NCBI GenBank assembly: GCA_963508575.1
Contig: CAUOXL010000015.1
Span: 18,445 to 82,444 of the forward strand
From: an uncultured Rhodoferax sp.
GTDB taxonomy: Bacteria; Pseudomonadota; Gammaproteobacteria; Burkholderiales; Burkholderiaceae_C
Reading direction: 5' to 3'
DNA length: 64,000 bases
In this document: piece after piece, positions 30,051-38,076 of the stretch
Position numbering within the stretch: the first letter of the stretch is position 1
How the letters are laid out: the number at the start of each line of letters is the position of its first letter
Notes under the pieces: model-generated
What the model saw: only the letters and a program-made list of their open reading frames with translations
Databases searched by the model: none
Told to the model about the DNA's origin: nothing
Translations under genes and position numbers: made by a program

Positions 30051-31207
30051 AAGGTTTCCTGCAAGGCCTGAATCAGTCGGGCGTTTTCTTCGGCGGTGCC
30101 GACGGTCAAACGCAAACAGCGGGCCAGCAATGGGTGCATTTTAGAAACGTTCTTGACCAGCACCCCGCGCGCCTTCAAACCGTCGAATATTTTTTGCGCC
30201 GCATCGTCCGCGCCGGGGAAGCGCACCAGCACCATGTTGGCATCGCTGTCCCAGGCTTTCACGCCGGGCATGGCGCGCAATGCTCCTAAAAGAATAGCGC
30301 GCTGCGCACATATCTCTTGGGCTTGGGCCGAATAAGCCTCTTGGTTCTCAAGGGCAAACAAGGCGCACTCGTAGTTCAACACACTGATGTTGTACGGCGG
30401 GCGCACTTTGTCGACTTGGGCAATCAGCGCGGCGGTGCCGGTCATGTAGCCCAGGCGCACACCGGCCAGGCCGAACTTGCTGAGCGTGCGCATCAGCACC
30501 ACATGGGGGTGGGCGGCGGGGTTGGCGCGGATCACATCCATATAGGTGCGGCTGGAAAACGGCTGGTAGGCCTCGTCCAGCGCCACGATGCTGCCCGCCT
30601 GCTTGGCTGCGGCAATCACGGTGGCCATGGCCTCGGCATCCCACAAATTGGCGGTGGGGTTGTTGGGGTAGGCCAGATACACGATGGCGGGCTGCTTCTC
30701 GGCAATGGCCTGCACCATGGCGGGTACATCGAGGGCAAAGTCTTCCGTCAGCGGCACACCCACAAAGTCCAGCCCCTGCAACTGGGCGCTCATGGCGTAC
30801 ATCACAAAACCGGGCATAGGCGCCAGCACCACGGGGCGGGCTTCGCCGGGCTGGGCGGGCACGTCGCAGGCCATGGAGAGCAGCGAGATCAGTTCGTCCG
30901 AGCCATTGCCCAGCATGATGTCGTGGCCTGCGGGCATCCCCACGTACTGCGCCAAGGCGGTTCGCAGGTCGTTGACCCGGCCATCGGGGTAGCGGTTCAG
31001 CGCCAGCGCGCCCAGGCGCTGGCCCAGTGCGGCTTGCAGGTGAGGTGGCAGGGAAAACGGGTTCTCCATGGCGTCCAGCTTGACCATGCCTTTGGAGTCC
31101 TGGACCGCGTAGGCATGCATGCCCTGCACGTCCTGGCGGATGCGGCGCGCAATCAGCGCCTGAACGTCAGCGGCCATGTCGGCAGAGGTATCAGCTTGAA
31201 GGGTCAT
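30047..31207 (-). CDS. hisC: histidinol-phosphate aminotransferase
   Basis: 386 aa class-II aminotransferase; [13 protein letters not shown] with the PLP lysine; ATGA overlap with hisB. Confidence 0.9.
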   Translation of the reverse strand: MTLQADTSADMAADVQALIARRIRQDVQGMHAYAVQDSKGMVKLDAMENPFSLPPHLQAALGQRLGALALNRYPDGRVNDLRTALAQYVGMPAGHDIMLGNGSDELISLLSMACDVPAQPGEARPVVLAPMPGFVMYAMSAQLQGLDFVGVPLTEDFALDVPAMVQAIAEKQPAIVYLAYPNNPTANLWDAEAMATVIAAAKQAGSIVALDEAYQPFSSRTYMDVIRANPAAHPHVVLMRTLSKFGLAGVRLGYMTGTAALIAQVDKVRPPYNISVLNYECALFALENQEAYSAQAQEICAQRAILLGALRAMPGVKAWDSDANMVLVRFPGADDAAQKIFDGLKARGVLVKNVSKMHPLLARCLRLTVGTAEENARLIQALQETL

Positions 31208-31224
31208 GCGAAGCTTTCAAAAAA

Positions 31225-31689
31225 CTAGTCGGCCAGCGCCAGATCGGCGGGCGTGGCTTGCAAAGGGTTCAGGATGGTGACGCCGTCGATCTGCTGGCCG
31301 TGCTGCAAGTCAAACGACAGCACATGGCTCGCGCCACTCTGCGCGGCAGCGGCAACAATGAGGGCGTCCCAGTACGGCAGGCCGAAACGGGCTTCCACGC
31401 CCCAAGCGGTTTCCACTGTCTGGTGGTCAATCTGCCAGGGCTGCCAGAGCTGGTAGCGGCGCAGCTTGGCGCGTGCGTCGCCCTGCAGCATGGCGAAGTG
31501 GCGGGTGGCGCCCACGTAATAGGCGTTCAGCACCTGCGTGCTCAAGCGCCCTGCCCTGCGCTGCCACAAAGCCTGCAACCACTCGCGCACACGGGTTTGG
31601 CGAGGAGCGTCAAACGCATCATCAGCGGCCAACAGCACGTTGGTGTCCACAAAAACGATGGCGCCAGAGGTATCGAGCGGGCTAGCCAT
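31225..31689 (-). CDS. PIN-domain ribonuclease toxin (VapC-like)
   Basis: VFVDTNVLL and DALIVAAA PIN acidic motifs; ATG at 31689 overlaps the antitoxin stop by 8 nt. Confidence 0.7.
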   Translation of the reverse strand: MASPLDTSGAIVFVDTNVLLAADDAFDAPRQTRVREWLQALWQRRAGRLSTQVLNAYYVGATRHFAMLQGDARAKLRRYQLWQPWQIDHQTVETAWGVEARFGLPYWDALIVAAAAQSGASHVLSFDLQHGQQIDGVTILNPLQATPADLALAD

Positions 31690-31909
31690 TCTGGACATCC
31701 CGCGCCGGATAGGCCTTGCCGCCTGAGCTAAAGCTGGAGGTATCCGCCACCCAATCGCGCTGGGCGCGGGCATAGGCGTCGTCATGCTGCATCTTGTCAG
31801 TCAGCATCTCGCCCACCAAGCGCGACACGCTGGTGTTGCGGCGCGCCGCCTCAATCCGCACCCATTCGAGGGTGGCGTCTTCGACGGTGATGGTGACGTT
31901 TTTCATCAT
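31682..31909 (-). CDS. ribbon-helix-helix antitoxin (CopG/VapB-like)
   Basis: 75 aa; N-terminal beta-strand/helix pattern KNVTITVEDATLEWVRIEAARRNTSVSRLVGEML; upstream of the PIN gene. Confidence 0.6.
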   Translation of the reverse strand: MMKNVTITVEDATLEWVRIEAARRNTSVSRLVGEMLTDKMQHDDAYARAQRDWVADTSSFSSGGKAYPARDVQNG

Positions 31910-31920
31910 GATGGCAGTTT

Positions 31921-31951
31921 ACACGAAATTCGTGTTGCACGAGATTCGTGT
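31921..31951 (-). promoter_or_regulatory. tandem palindromic operator upstream of the RHH-PIN pair
   Basis: ACACGAA-A-TTCGTGT (31921..31935, perfect) and GCACGAG-A-TTCGTGT (31937..31951, 5/7). Centres are 16 bp apart, 11 nt from the antitoxin ATG. Confidence 0.6.
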
Positions 31952-32050
31952 GAATTTCCAATTTGAGCGAAGGGCGGATGCGTTGGATGCCAAAGCCTGT
32001 ATCCCGACCGGTATAGCTTGGGGAAAAGGAAGGCAAAGGAGAGGAACCAA

Positions 32051-32206
32051 ATGACAACTTCATCACAAAATGGCCTAGCTCTGCCACTGGGTATTTTGCT
32101 ATCTTTATGTGAGCATCTTGCGCACATTTGGTTGGGGCTAGAGGCCAGATTGATGCCTAAAGCGTGCAAAATGTCCCGCAATTTGTTGTTGTCTGCAATG
32201 CTTTGA
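32051..32206 (+). CDS. possible small hydrophobic ORF (51 aa) upstream of the racemase gene
   Basis: ATG at 32051 preceded by AAGGAGAGG at 9 nt; ends 8 nt before the racemase ATG; no recognisable family. Confidence 0.2.
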   Translation: MTTSSQNGLALPLGILLSLCEHLAHIWLGLEARLMPKACKMSRNLLLSAML

Positions 32207-32214
32207 ATCAAGAG

Positions 32215-32922
32215 ATGAATATGGCCACTCCACTACACATTGGAATAGTTGCTTGTTCGGCTGAAGGCGCTGCCCTCTGCTATCGAACCATTTGTGCGGA
32301 AAGCGCAGCGGTGCTTGGGCCGCACGCGCATCCGGAGATCTCATTGAATTCCCTATCGCTGGCAGACTATGTCAACGCTTTGAACGCTGATGACATTCAG
32401 GGCGTCGCAGACCTGATGCTTACTTCTGCCAACAAGCTGGCTGCTGCCGGTGCAGATTTTCTCGTATGCCCAGATAACACAATCCATCAAGCGTTTTCAT
32501 TGGTGCAAGAAAGATCACCGTTGCCCTGGCTTCACATCGCCGAAGTTGTGGCAAATGAAGCTGCAGCACGTAGCTACAATAAGGTTGGCCTGACTGGAAC
32601 AAGTTGGTTGGTATCTAGCGACGTTTATCCGGAAAAATTGATCAATCAAGGCATTCAGTGCGTTCGACCAAGCGACGCCGAACGCGATGAGATTGGGCGC
32701 CTCATCATGGATGAGCTTGTCTATGGCGTCTTCAAAGCCGAGACCGTAGAGCGCTTTCAAGAGGTTATCCAGTCTTTGAAAGCTACAGGTTGCGAGGCCG
32801 TCATTCTTGGATGCACTGAAATTCCGCTCATCATCAATGACCGGAATTCACCACTCCCAACCCTAGATTCAACGCGCTTGCTGGCCCGCGCAGCGCTGAA
32901 AAAGGCCATTAGCTACGAATAG
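32215..32922 (+). CDS. Asp/Glu/hydantoin-type (PLP-independent) amino-acid racemase
   Basis: Two Cys motifs, VCPDNTIH and LGCTEIPL; about 235 aa; visibly lower GC than its neighbours. Confidence 0.75.
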   Translation: MNMATPLHIGIVACSAEGAALCYRTICAESAAVLGPHAHPEISLNSLSLADYVNALNADDIQGVADLMLTSANKLAAAGADFLVCPDNTIHQAFSLVQERSPLPWLHIAEVVANEAAARSYNKVGLTGTSWLVSSDVYPEKLINQGIQCVRPSDAERDEIGRLIMDELVYGVFKAETVERFQEVIQSLKATGCEAVILGCTEIPLIINDRNSPLPTLDSTRLLARAALKKAISYE

Positions 32923-33100
32923 CATGGCCTATAACAGCGCTACGCATCGGATCGTCTACTGCTCCTGCTGACCTTCACGTTAGCCCACATCCCTGTTACT
33001 GTGGATGACAGAATTTCAGCACCTAGCCCCTGCAAATCGCCAATGCCAATGGACATGCATTCAGGATTCAAATCCCAAAATGCATATGGATTAATAGGCT

Positions 33101-33171
33101 TGATTCTTAGTCCTTTTGGGCTCTAGCGCTTGCGGAATATGCGCAGACCGCTGCTGATTTCATAGCAAAAA
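33101..33171 (-). repeat. family-1 interspersed repeat, copy C (inside the his insert)
   Basis: Reverse complement TTTTTGCTATGAAATCAGCAGCGGTCTGCGCATATTCCGCAAGCGCTAGAGCCCAAAAGGACTAAGAATCA. Confidence 0.6.
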
Positions 33172-33214
33172 CCTAAGGCCACGGCCGCTTCACTACTGAA
33201 AAAGCCGACGCCCC

Positions 33215-33642
33215 ATGCAACAAGCCCTCGACTACACCCCCTTGCCAACGCCATCGCCCAGCTGGAGAAAAGCCTGGCCTACGCGGGGTCACCCACCGCG
33301 TTGGCGGATGGGGGCTTGCGCGAACAACTACGCAATTCGGTCATTCAGTGTTTCAAGCTCACCTAAGAACTGAGCTGAAAAATACTCAAGCGCTATTTGG
33401 AGGCGTCCGAGGTAAGCCCTTCGGAATTGGATTGCGTGACATTCCAAAGCCTGATCCGCCTAGGCAATGAGCGCGCACTTTTGAAGTCGGACTGGAACGC
33501 TTGGAGGGCCTATCGCCAAGCCCGCACCGACAGCACCCACGCCTACGATACGGTCAAAGCGGAGGCCGTGTATGGCATCGCATCACAGTTCCTAGATGAA
33601 GCAAAAGTGCTGCTCGGCAACCTGCAGCGTCGAAGCACCTGA
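33215..33642 (+). pseudogene. decayed HEPN-type nucleotidyltransferase substrate-binding protein (HI0074 family)
   Basis: Reads MQQALDYTP, then a 1-nt frameshift near 33239..33246, then LANAIAQLEKSLAY...VIQCFKLT-TAA(33364)-ELS-TGA(33376)-KILKRYLE...RTDSTHAY (Rx4-6H motif). Confidence 0.75.
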
Positions 33643-33681
33643 GTAAGACAAAGTGCAGGTGCAGCCAGCACACCCCGCCCC

Positions 33682-34068
33682 TCACAAGCACGGATAAATC
33701 GTCCCCAGCGCATTCACCATCACCAGTTGCACCGGCATGTCGGCCTCGTACAGGTCTGCATTTCGTTCCAGCTCAGTGGTGTACAGGCTCTTGGCCATGC
33801 GGGGTTCCAGGCGGCGGCCGTTGAGGCAGATGCTGGGTTTGGTTCCGGCGCGCACCGCTTGGGCATGGGCTTCCAGCACGCCTTCCATGACGCCGACCAG
33901 GTAGTAGTCGGTGTAGGTGCTGCCTTGCTTTTCCGTCTTCTCCAAGGCGCGCATTTCGCGGATGGTCATGGCCTGGGCCGTGGAGGCTGCGGCGAGGCAC
34001 AGGGCAACGCACGCAGTCGCGTGCCGCAGTGTCGAGAAGGTGTGGGGGGTGTGAAGTGTGGGGCACAT
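33682..34068 (-). CDS. secreted small protein, possibly Rap1a/Tai4-like
   Basis: 128 aa; signal peptide ...CLAAASTAQA; YLVGVMEGV...PSICL...VMVNALGTIYPCL resembles the Rap1a/Tai4 pattern. The family call is from memory only. Confidence 0.4.
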   Translation of the reverse strand: MCPTLHTPHTFSTLRHATACVALCLAAASTAQAMTIREMRALEKTEKQGSTYTDYYLVGVMEGVLEAHAQAVRAGTKPSICLNGRRLEPRMAKSLYTTELERNADLYEADMPVQLVMVNALGTIYPCL

Positions 34069-34105
34069 AGGGCTTGGTCGTCCTTGTGCGCCCCATCTTA
34101 CGGAT

Positions 34106-35422
34106 TTACTTCAATCGCATTTCCGCCGCACGCGCATGGGCTTGCAGGCCTTCGCCGTGGGCCAGCACCGAGGCGATCTGCCCCAGGCCTTGGGCGCCCT
34201 GCTCGCTCACCTCGATCAGGCTGCTGCGCTTCTGAAAGTCGTACACCCCCAGCGGGCTGCTGAAACGCGCGGTGCCGCTGGTAGGCAACACATGGTTGGG
34301 GCCGGCGCAGTAGTCGCCCAGGCTCTCGGAGGTGTAGGCGCCCAAAAAGATGGCACCGGCGTGCTTGAGCAAAGGCTCCCACTTATGAGGATCGTTGCTG
34401 GAGACTTCCAAGTGCTCGGGTGCAATGCGGTTGCTGATCTCACAAGCCTCTTCCATGCTGCGGGTCTGGATCAGCGCGCCACGGCCGGTAAGACTTTTGG
34501 CGATGATCTCGGCGCGTGGCATCTCATTGAGCAAGCGGTTGATGCTTTGCTGCACTTGCTCGATGTAAGCCGCGTCCGGGCACAGCAAAATGCTTTGCGC
34601 CAGCTCGTCGTGCTCCGCCTGGCTGAACAAGTCCATCGCCACCCAGTCCGGCGGTGTGGTGCCGTCGGCCAGCACCAAAATCTCGCTGGGGCCGGCAATC
34701 ATGTCGATGCCCACGGTGCCAAACACGCGGCGCTTGGCAGCGGCCACATAGGCGTTGCCGGGGCCGGTGATTTTGTGCACGGCGGGGATGGTGGCGGTGC
34801 CATAGGCCAAGGCAGCCACGGCCTGCGCCCCGCCGATGGTGAAGGCACGCGTGACACCGGCCACATAGGCGGCGGCCAGCACCAAGGCGTTTTTCTCGCC
34901 CTTGGGGGTAGGAACGACCATGATGATTTCACCCACACCGGCCACGTGGGCGGGGATGGCGTTCATCAACACGCTGCTGGGGTAAGCCGCTTTGCCGCCG
35001 GGCACATAAATGCCCACGCGGTCCAGCGGTGTGACTTTTTGGCCCAAGAGCGTGCCATCTTCGTCGCGATAGCTCCAGCTCTCGCCGGACGCTTTTTTTT
35101 GTGCCTCGTGGTAGCTGCGCACGCGCTTGGCGGCGGCCTCCAGCGCAGCACGCTGGTCTGCGGGGATGCTGTCGAACGCCGCTTTGAGTTCCGCCTGGGT
35201 CAGCTCCAGCGCTTTTATGTCGGTGGCGTTCAGGCCATCGAAACGGGCGGTGTACTCCAACACAGCCGCATCACCCCGCTGCTGCACGTCGGCCAGGATG
35301 TCGGCCACGCGCTGCTCGATGGCGGCGTCGGTGTCCGCAGACCAATGCAGGCGCGCCTTGAATTCAGCCTCAAAAGTGGCATTAGCGCTTGATAGACGTG
35401 CGGGAGCAGCTACAAAAGTCAT
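34106..35422 (-). CDS. hisD: histidinol dehydrogenase
   Basis: 438 aa; ...[11 protein letters not shown]..., [22 protein letters not shown]; its start codon lies inside a family-1 repeat copy. Confidence 0.95.
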   Translation of the reverse strand: MTFVAAPARLSSANATFEAEFKARLHWSADTDAAIEQRVADILADVQQRGDAAVLEYTARFDGLNATDIKALELTQAELKAAFDSIPADQRAALEAAAKRVRSYHEAQKKASGESWSYRDEDGTLLGQKVTPLDRVGIYVPGGKAAYPSSVLMNAIPAHVAGVGEIIMVVPTPKGEKNALVLAAAYVAGVTRAFTIGGAQAVAALAYGTATIPAVHKITGPGNAYVAAAKRRVFGTVGIDMIAGPSEILVLADGTTPPDWVAMDLFSQAEHDELAQSILLCPDAAYIEQVQQSINRLLNEMPRAEIIAKSLTGRGALIQTRSMEEACEISNRIAPEHLEVSSNDPHKWEPLLKHAGAIFLGAYTSESLGDYCAGPNHVLPTSGTARFSSPLGVYDFQKRSSLIEVSEQGAQGLGQIASVLAHGEGLQAHARAAEMRLK

Positions 35423-35428
35423 AGCAAA
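35367..35428 (-). repeat. family-1 interspersed repeat, copy E (overlaps the hisD start)
   Basis: Reverse complement TTTGCTATGACTTTTGTAGCTGCTCCCGCACGTCTATCAAGCGCTAATGCCACTTTTGAGGC; 25/30 identity to copy A in the 5' block. Confidence 0.55.
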
Positions 35429-35441
35429 TGGGTTTCCGGAG

Positions 35442-36092
35442 TTACTGGCCTACGGCGCCGGCAAAGGCGTCGATGATCTTGCGGATGGGTTCTTGTTTGA
35501 GCTTGAGCGCAGCCTGGTTGACCACCAAACGGGAGCTGATGTCCATGATGCGCTCCACCTCGACGAGGTGGTTGGCTTTGAGCGTGTTGCCGGTGGACAC
35601 CAAGTCCACAATCGCATCGGCCAGGCCGACCAAGGGGGCGAGCTCCATGCTGCCGTAGAGCTTGATCAAGTCCACGTGCACGCCTTTGCTGGCGAAGAAG
35701 TCGCGGGCAATGGCCACGTATTTGGTGGCCACTTTCAAGCGGGAGCCCTGCTTGACGGCGGACGCGTAGTCAAAGTCCGCGCGCACGGCCACGCTGATGC
35801 GGCACTTGGCGATCTGCAAATCCAGCGGCTGGTACAGGCCTTGGCTGCCGTGCTCCAGCAGCGTGTCTTTGCCGGTGATGCCCATATCGGCCCCGCCGTA
35901 TTGGACATAGGTAGGCACGTCGGTCGCGCGGACTACCAGCACACGCACGTTAGGCTGGTTGGTATCCAGAATCAGCTTGCGGGACTTTTCGGGGTCGTCC
36001 AGCACCTCAATGCCAGCGGCTTTGAGCAACGGCACGGTTTCTTCAAAAATGCGGCCTTTGGACAGGGCCAGGGTGATCATGTCTGCGCTCAT
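35442..36092 (-). CDS. hisG: ATP phosphoribosyltransferase, short form
   Basis: [15 protein letters not shown] region; about 213-217 aa depending on the ATG used (36092 or 36080). Confidence 0.9.
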   Translation of the reverse strand: MSADMITLALSKGRIFEETVPLLKAAGIEVLDDPEKSRKLILDTNQPNVRVLVVRATDVPTYVQYGGADMGITGKDTLLEHGSQGLYQPLDLQIAKCRISVAVRADFDYASAVKQGSRLKVATKYVAIARDFFASKGVHVDLIKLYGSMELAPLVGLADAIVDLVSTGNTLKANHLVEVERIMDISSRLVVNQAALKLKQEPIRKIIDAFAGAVGQ

Positions 36093-36118
36093 GGCGGGCT
36101 CTCGGGGTTGCGTGCGCC

Positions 36119-36361
36119 TCAGGCGGACTGGGCTGCCCATTCGGCGGGCGAGAAGGTTTTCATGGACAAGGCGTGCACCTCGTCGGTTTGCATGCGGTTG
36201 CCCAGGGTGGCGTACACCAGCCGCTGGCGCTGGACGAGGCGTTTGCCTTCGAATTCAGGCGACACGATGGTGGCGTACCAGTGGCGGCCATCGCCTTCGA
36301 GCGCGCAATGGTCACAGGCGAGGCCGGCGGTGATGATGGCTTGGAGTTGGTCTGCGGTCAT
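36119..36361 (-). CDS. BolA/IbaG-family protein
   Basis: 80 aa; ...[27 protein letters not shown]...[14 protein letters not shown]; sits downstream of the mla cluster as ibaG does in E. coli. Confidence 0.8.
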   Translation of the reverse strand: MTADQLQAIITAGLACDHCALEGDGRHWYATIVSPEFEGKRLVQRQRLVYATLGNRMQTDEVHALSMKTFSPAEWAAQSA

Positions 36362-36368
36362 AGGGATC

Positions 36369-37124
36369 TCAGCTGCGGATTTTGTAGCCGCTGCGCAGTA
36401 ATTGAAGGGCAATCAGGCTCACCACGATGGTGACTCCGCCGACGACGGAAACACTCAGCCACGGCGACACATCGCTGATGCCGAAAAAGCCGAAGCGGAA
36501 GCCGTCAATCATGTAGAAAAACGGGTTGAAGTGGCTCACCCCTTGCCAGAAGGCAGGCAGGGAATGGATGGAGTAAAACACGCCGCTCAAGAAGGTCATG
36601 GGCATGACCACAAAGTTCTGGAAGGCGGCCAGCTGGTCGAACTTTTCGGCCCACAGGCCGGCAATCAAGCCCAGTGCGCCCATCAGGGTAGCGCCCAACA
36701 CAGCGAACACAAAAATCCACAGCGGCGCCGCATAGCTCATGGGCGCAAAAAACGCTGCCACTACGAACACGCCGAGTGCCACCACCAAACCGCGAATCAC
36801 GGCGGCACCCACATAGGCCACAAACCAGTTGAAATAGGACAAGGGCGTTAGCAACAGGAACACCAGATTGCCCATGACCTTGCTCATGATGAGCGAGGAC
36901 GAGCTGTTGGCAAACGCGTTTTGCAGCAGGCTCATCATGGCCAAGCCGGGCACCAGAAAGGCGGTGTAACTGACCTGGTCATACACCTTGACATGGCTCT
37001 CCAGCGCGTGACCGAAGATCAGCAGGTACAGCATGGCGGTCAGCACCGGCCCGGCAATGGTTTGGGCCGCGACCTTCCAGAAGCGCAGGGTCTCTTTGTA
37101 GAGCAGGGTTTGCCAGCCGTTCAT
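36369..37124 (-). CDS. ABC-2 type transporter permease
   Basis: 251 aa, 6 TM. ATG at 37124 forms an ATGA overlap with the ATPase stop. The 380-aa ORF-track version is an artefactual extension. Confidence 0.82.
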   Translation of the reverse strand: MNGWQTLLYKETLRFWKVAAQTIAGPVLTAMLYLLIFGHALESHVKVYDQVSYTAFLVPGLAMMSLLQNAFANSSSSLIMSKVMGNLVFLLLTPLSYFNWFVAYVGAAVIRGLVVALGVFVVAAFFAPMSYAAPLWIFVFAVLGATLMGALGLIAGLWAEKFDQLAAFQNFVVMPMTFLSGVFYSIHSLPAFWQGVSHFNPFFYMIDGFRFGFFGISDVSPWLSVSVVGGVTIVVSLIALQLLRSGYKIRS

Positions 37125-38047
37125 GCCTGTGCTCCTTGCGTGTTCATGACATCGAGGAACACATCCTCCAGATCGGCTTTGCGGATCTCCACGTCTTCCA
37201 CGGTGACACCGGCCTGCCGCACTGCAGCAAGGTAGTTTTCGATCTCGAGCGCGTTGTGTGCCGGCAACTGCACGATGCGGCCGGTAATGCGGGCACGCGC
37301 AGCCAAGTCTGCCGGCAAAGCATCTGCCGTTTTGAAGCGCAGCACGTTGCTGCTGGCGGCCTTGAGCAGGTCGCTGGTTTTGTCCAAGGCCACGATGCGG
37401 CCAGTCTTGAGCATGGCAATGCGCCCGCACAAGGCTTCGGCCTCTTCCAGGTAATGGGTGGTCAACAACACGGTACTGCCTTGCTTGTTGAGGTTGGCGA
37501 CAAATTGCCACAGCGTCTGCCGCAGTTCCACATCCACACCGGCGGTGGGTTCATCCAGCACGATGACCGGCGGCTTGTGCACCAAGGCCTGCGCCACCAG
37601 CACCCGGCGCTTCATGCCACCGGAGAGTTGGCGCATATTGGCGTTGGCCTTGTCGGCCAGGCCCAGGCCTTCCAGCAACTCGTCCACCCAGGCGTCGTTG
37701 TTCCGCAGCCCGAAATAACCAGACTGGATGCGCAGCATTTCGCGCACATTGAAGAAGGGATCGAACACCAGCTCCTGTGGCACCACACCCAGTTTGCGGC
37801 GGGCGTTGGCAAAATCGGTTTGAACATCGCTGCCCAGCACTTGCACATGGCCACTGGTGGGACGGGACAAACCGGCCAGCATGCTGATCAGGGTTGTTTT
37901 ACCCGCGCCGTTGGGCCCGAGGAGACCAAAAAACTCGCCCTCTTCGATGTGGAGACTGACGTTATCAACGGCCTTGAAGGTGGTGCCTTTCGGCCCCTTG
38001 GGCGAGGGATACGTCTTGGAGATGGATTGGAAGGAGATGGCGGGCAT
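37121..38047 (-). CDS. ABC transporter ATP-binding protein
   Basis: Walker A GPNGAGKTT, signature LSGGMKRR, Walker B VIVLDEP. Confidence 0.9.
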   Translation of the reverse strand: MPAISFQSISKTYPSPKGPKGTTFKAVDNVSLHIEEGEFFGLLGPNGAGKTTLISMLAGLSRPTSGHVQVLGSDVQTDFANARRKLGVVPQELVFDPFFNVREMLRIQSGYFGLRNNDAWVDELLEGLGLADKANANMRQLSGGMKRRVLVAQALVHKPPVIVLDEPTAGVDVELRQTLWQFVANLNKQGSTVLLTTHYLEEAEALCGRIAMLKTGRIVALDKTSDLLKAASSNVLRFKTADALPADLAARARITGRIVQLPAHNALEIENYLAAVRQAGVTVEDVEIRKADLEDVFLDVMNTQGAQA

Positions 38048-38076
38048 AAAGAACCCGCGATTTTACGCTGCCGCCT

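Noticed and set aside
32923-33214. Remnant of the MNT (nucleotidyltransferase) partner of the HEPN pseudogene
   Set aside because: I translated the parts outside the repeat copy in the frames I could follow and found no GSxxxG..D.D-type motif or any extended open frame. Part of the region is occupied by a family-1 repeat copy.
33727-34263. ORFs overlapping the Rap1a-like gene: 33727..34263 plus strand (178 aa) and 33773..34096 minus strand (107 aa)
   Set aside because: Both are Gly/Ala/Arg/Pro-rich shadow frames. Only the 33682..34068 frame yields a signal peptide and a plausible folded sequence.
36093-36118. His leader peptide or attenuator upstream of hisG
   Set aside because: Only 26 nt separate the bolA-like stop from the hisG ATG. 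There is no run of His codons and no alternative hairpins.
37125-37511. 129-residue N-terminal extension of the ABC-2 permease ORF (380 aa in the track)
   Set aside because: The extension overlaps the ATPase gene out of frame and is Arg/Gln/His/Cys-rich nonsense. The ATG at 37124 gives a canonical ATGA coupling and a normal 251-aa permease.
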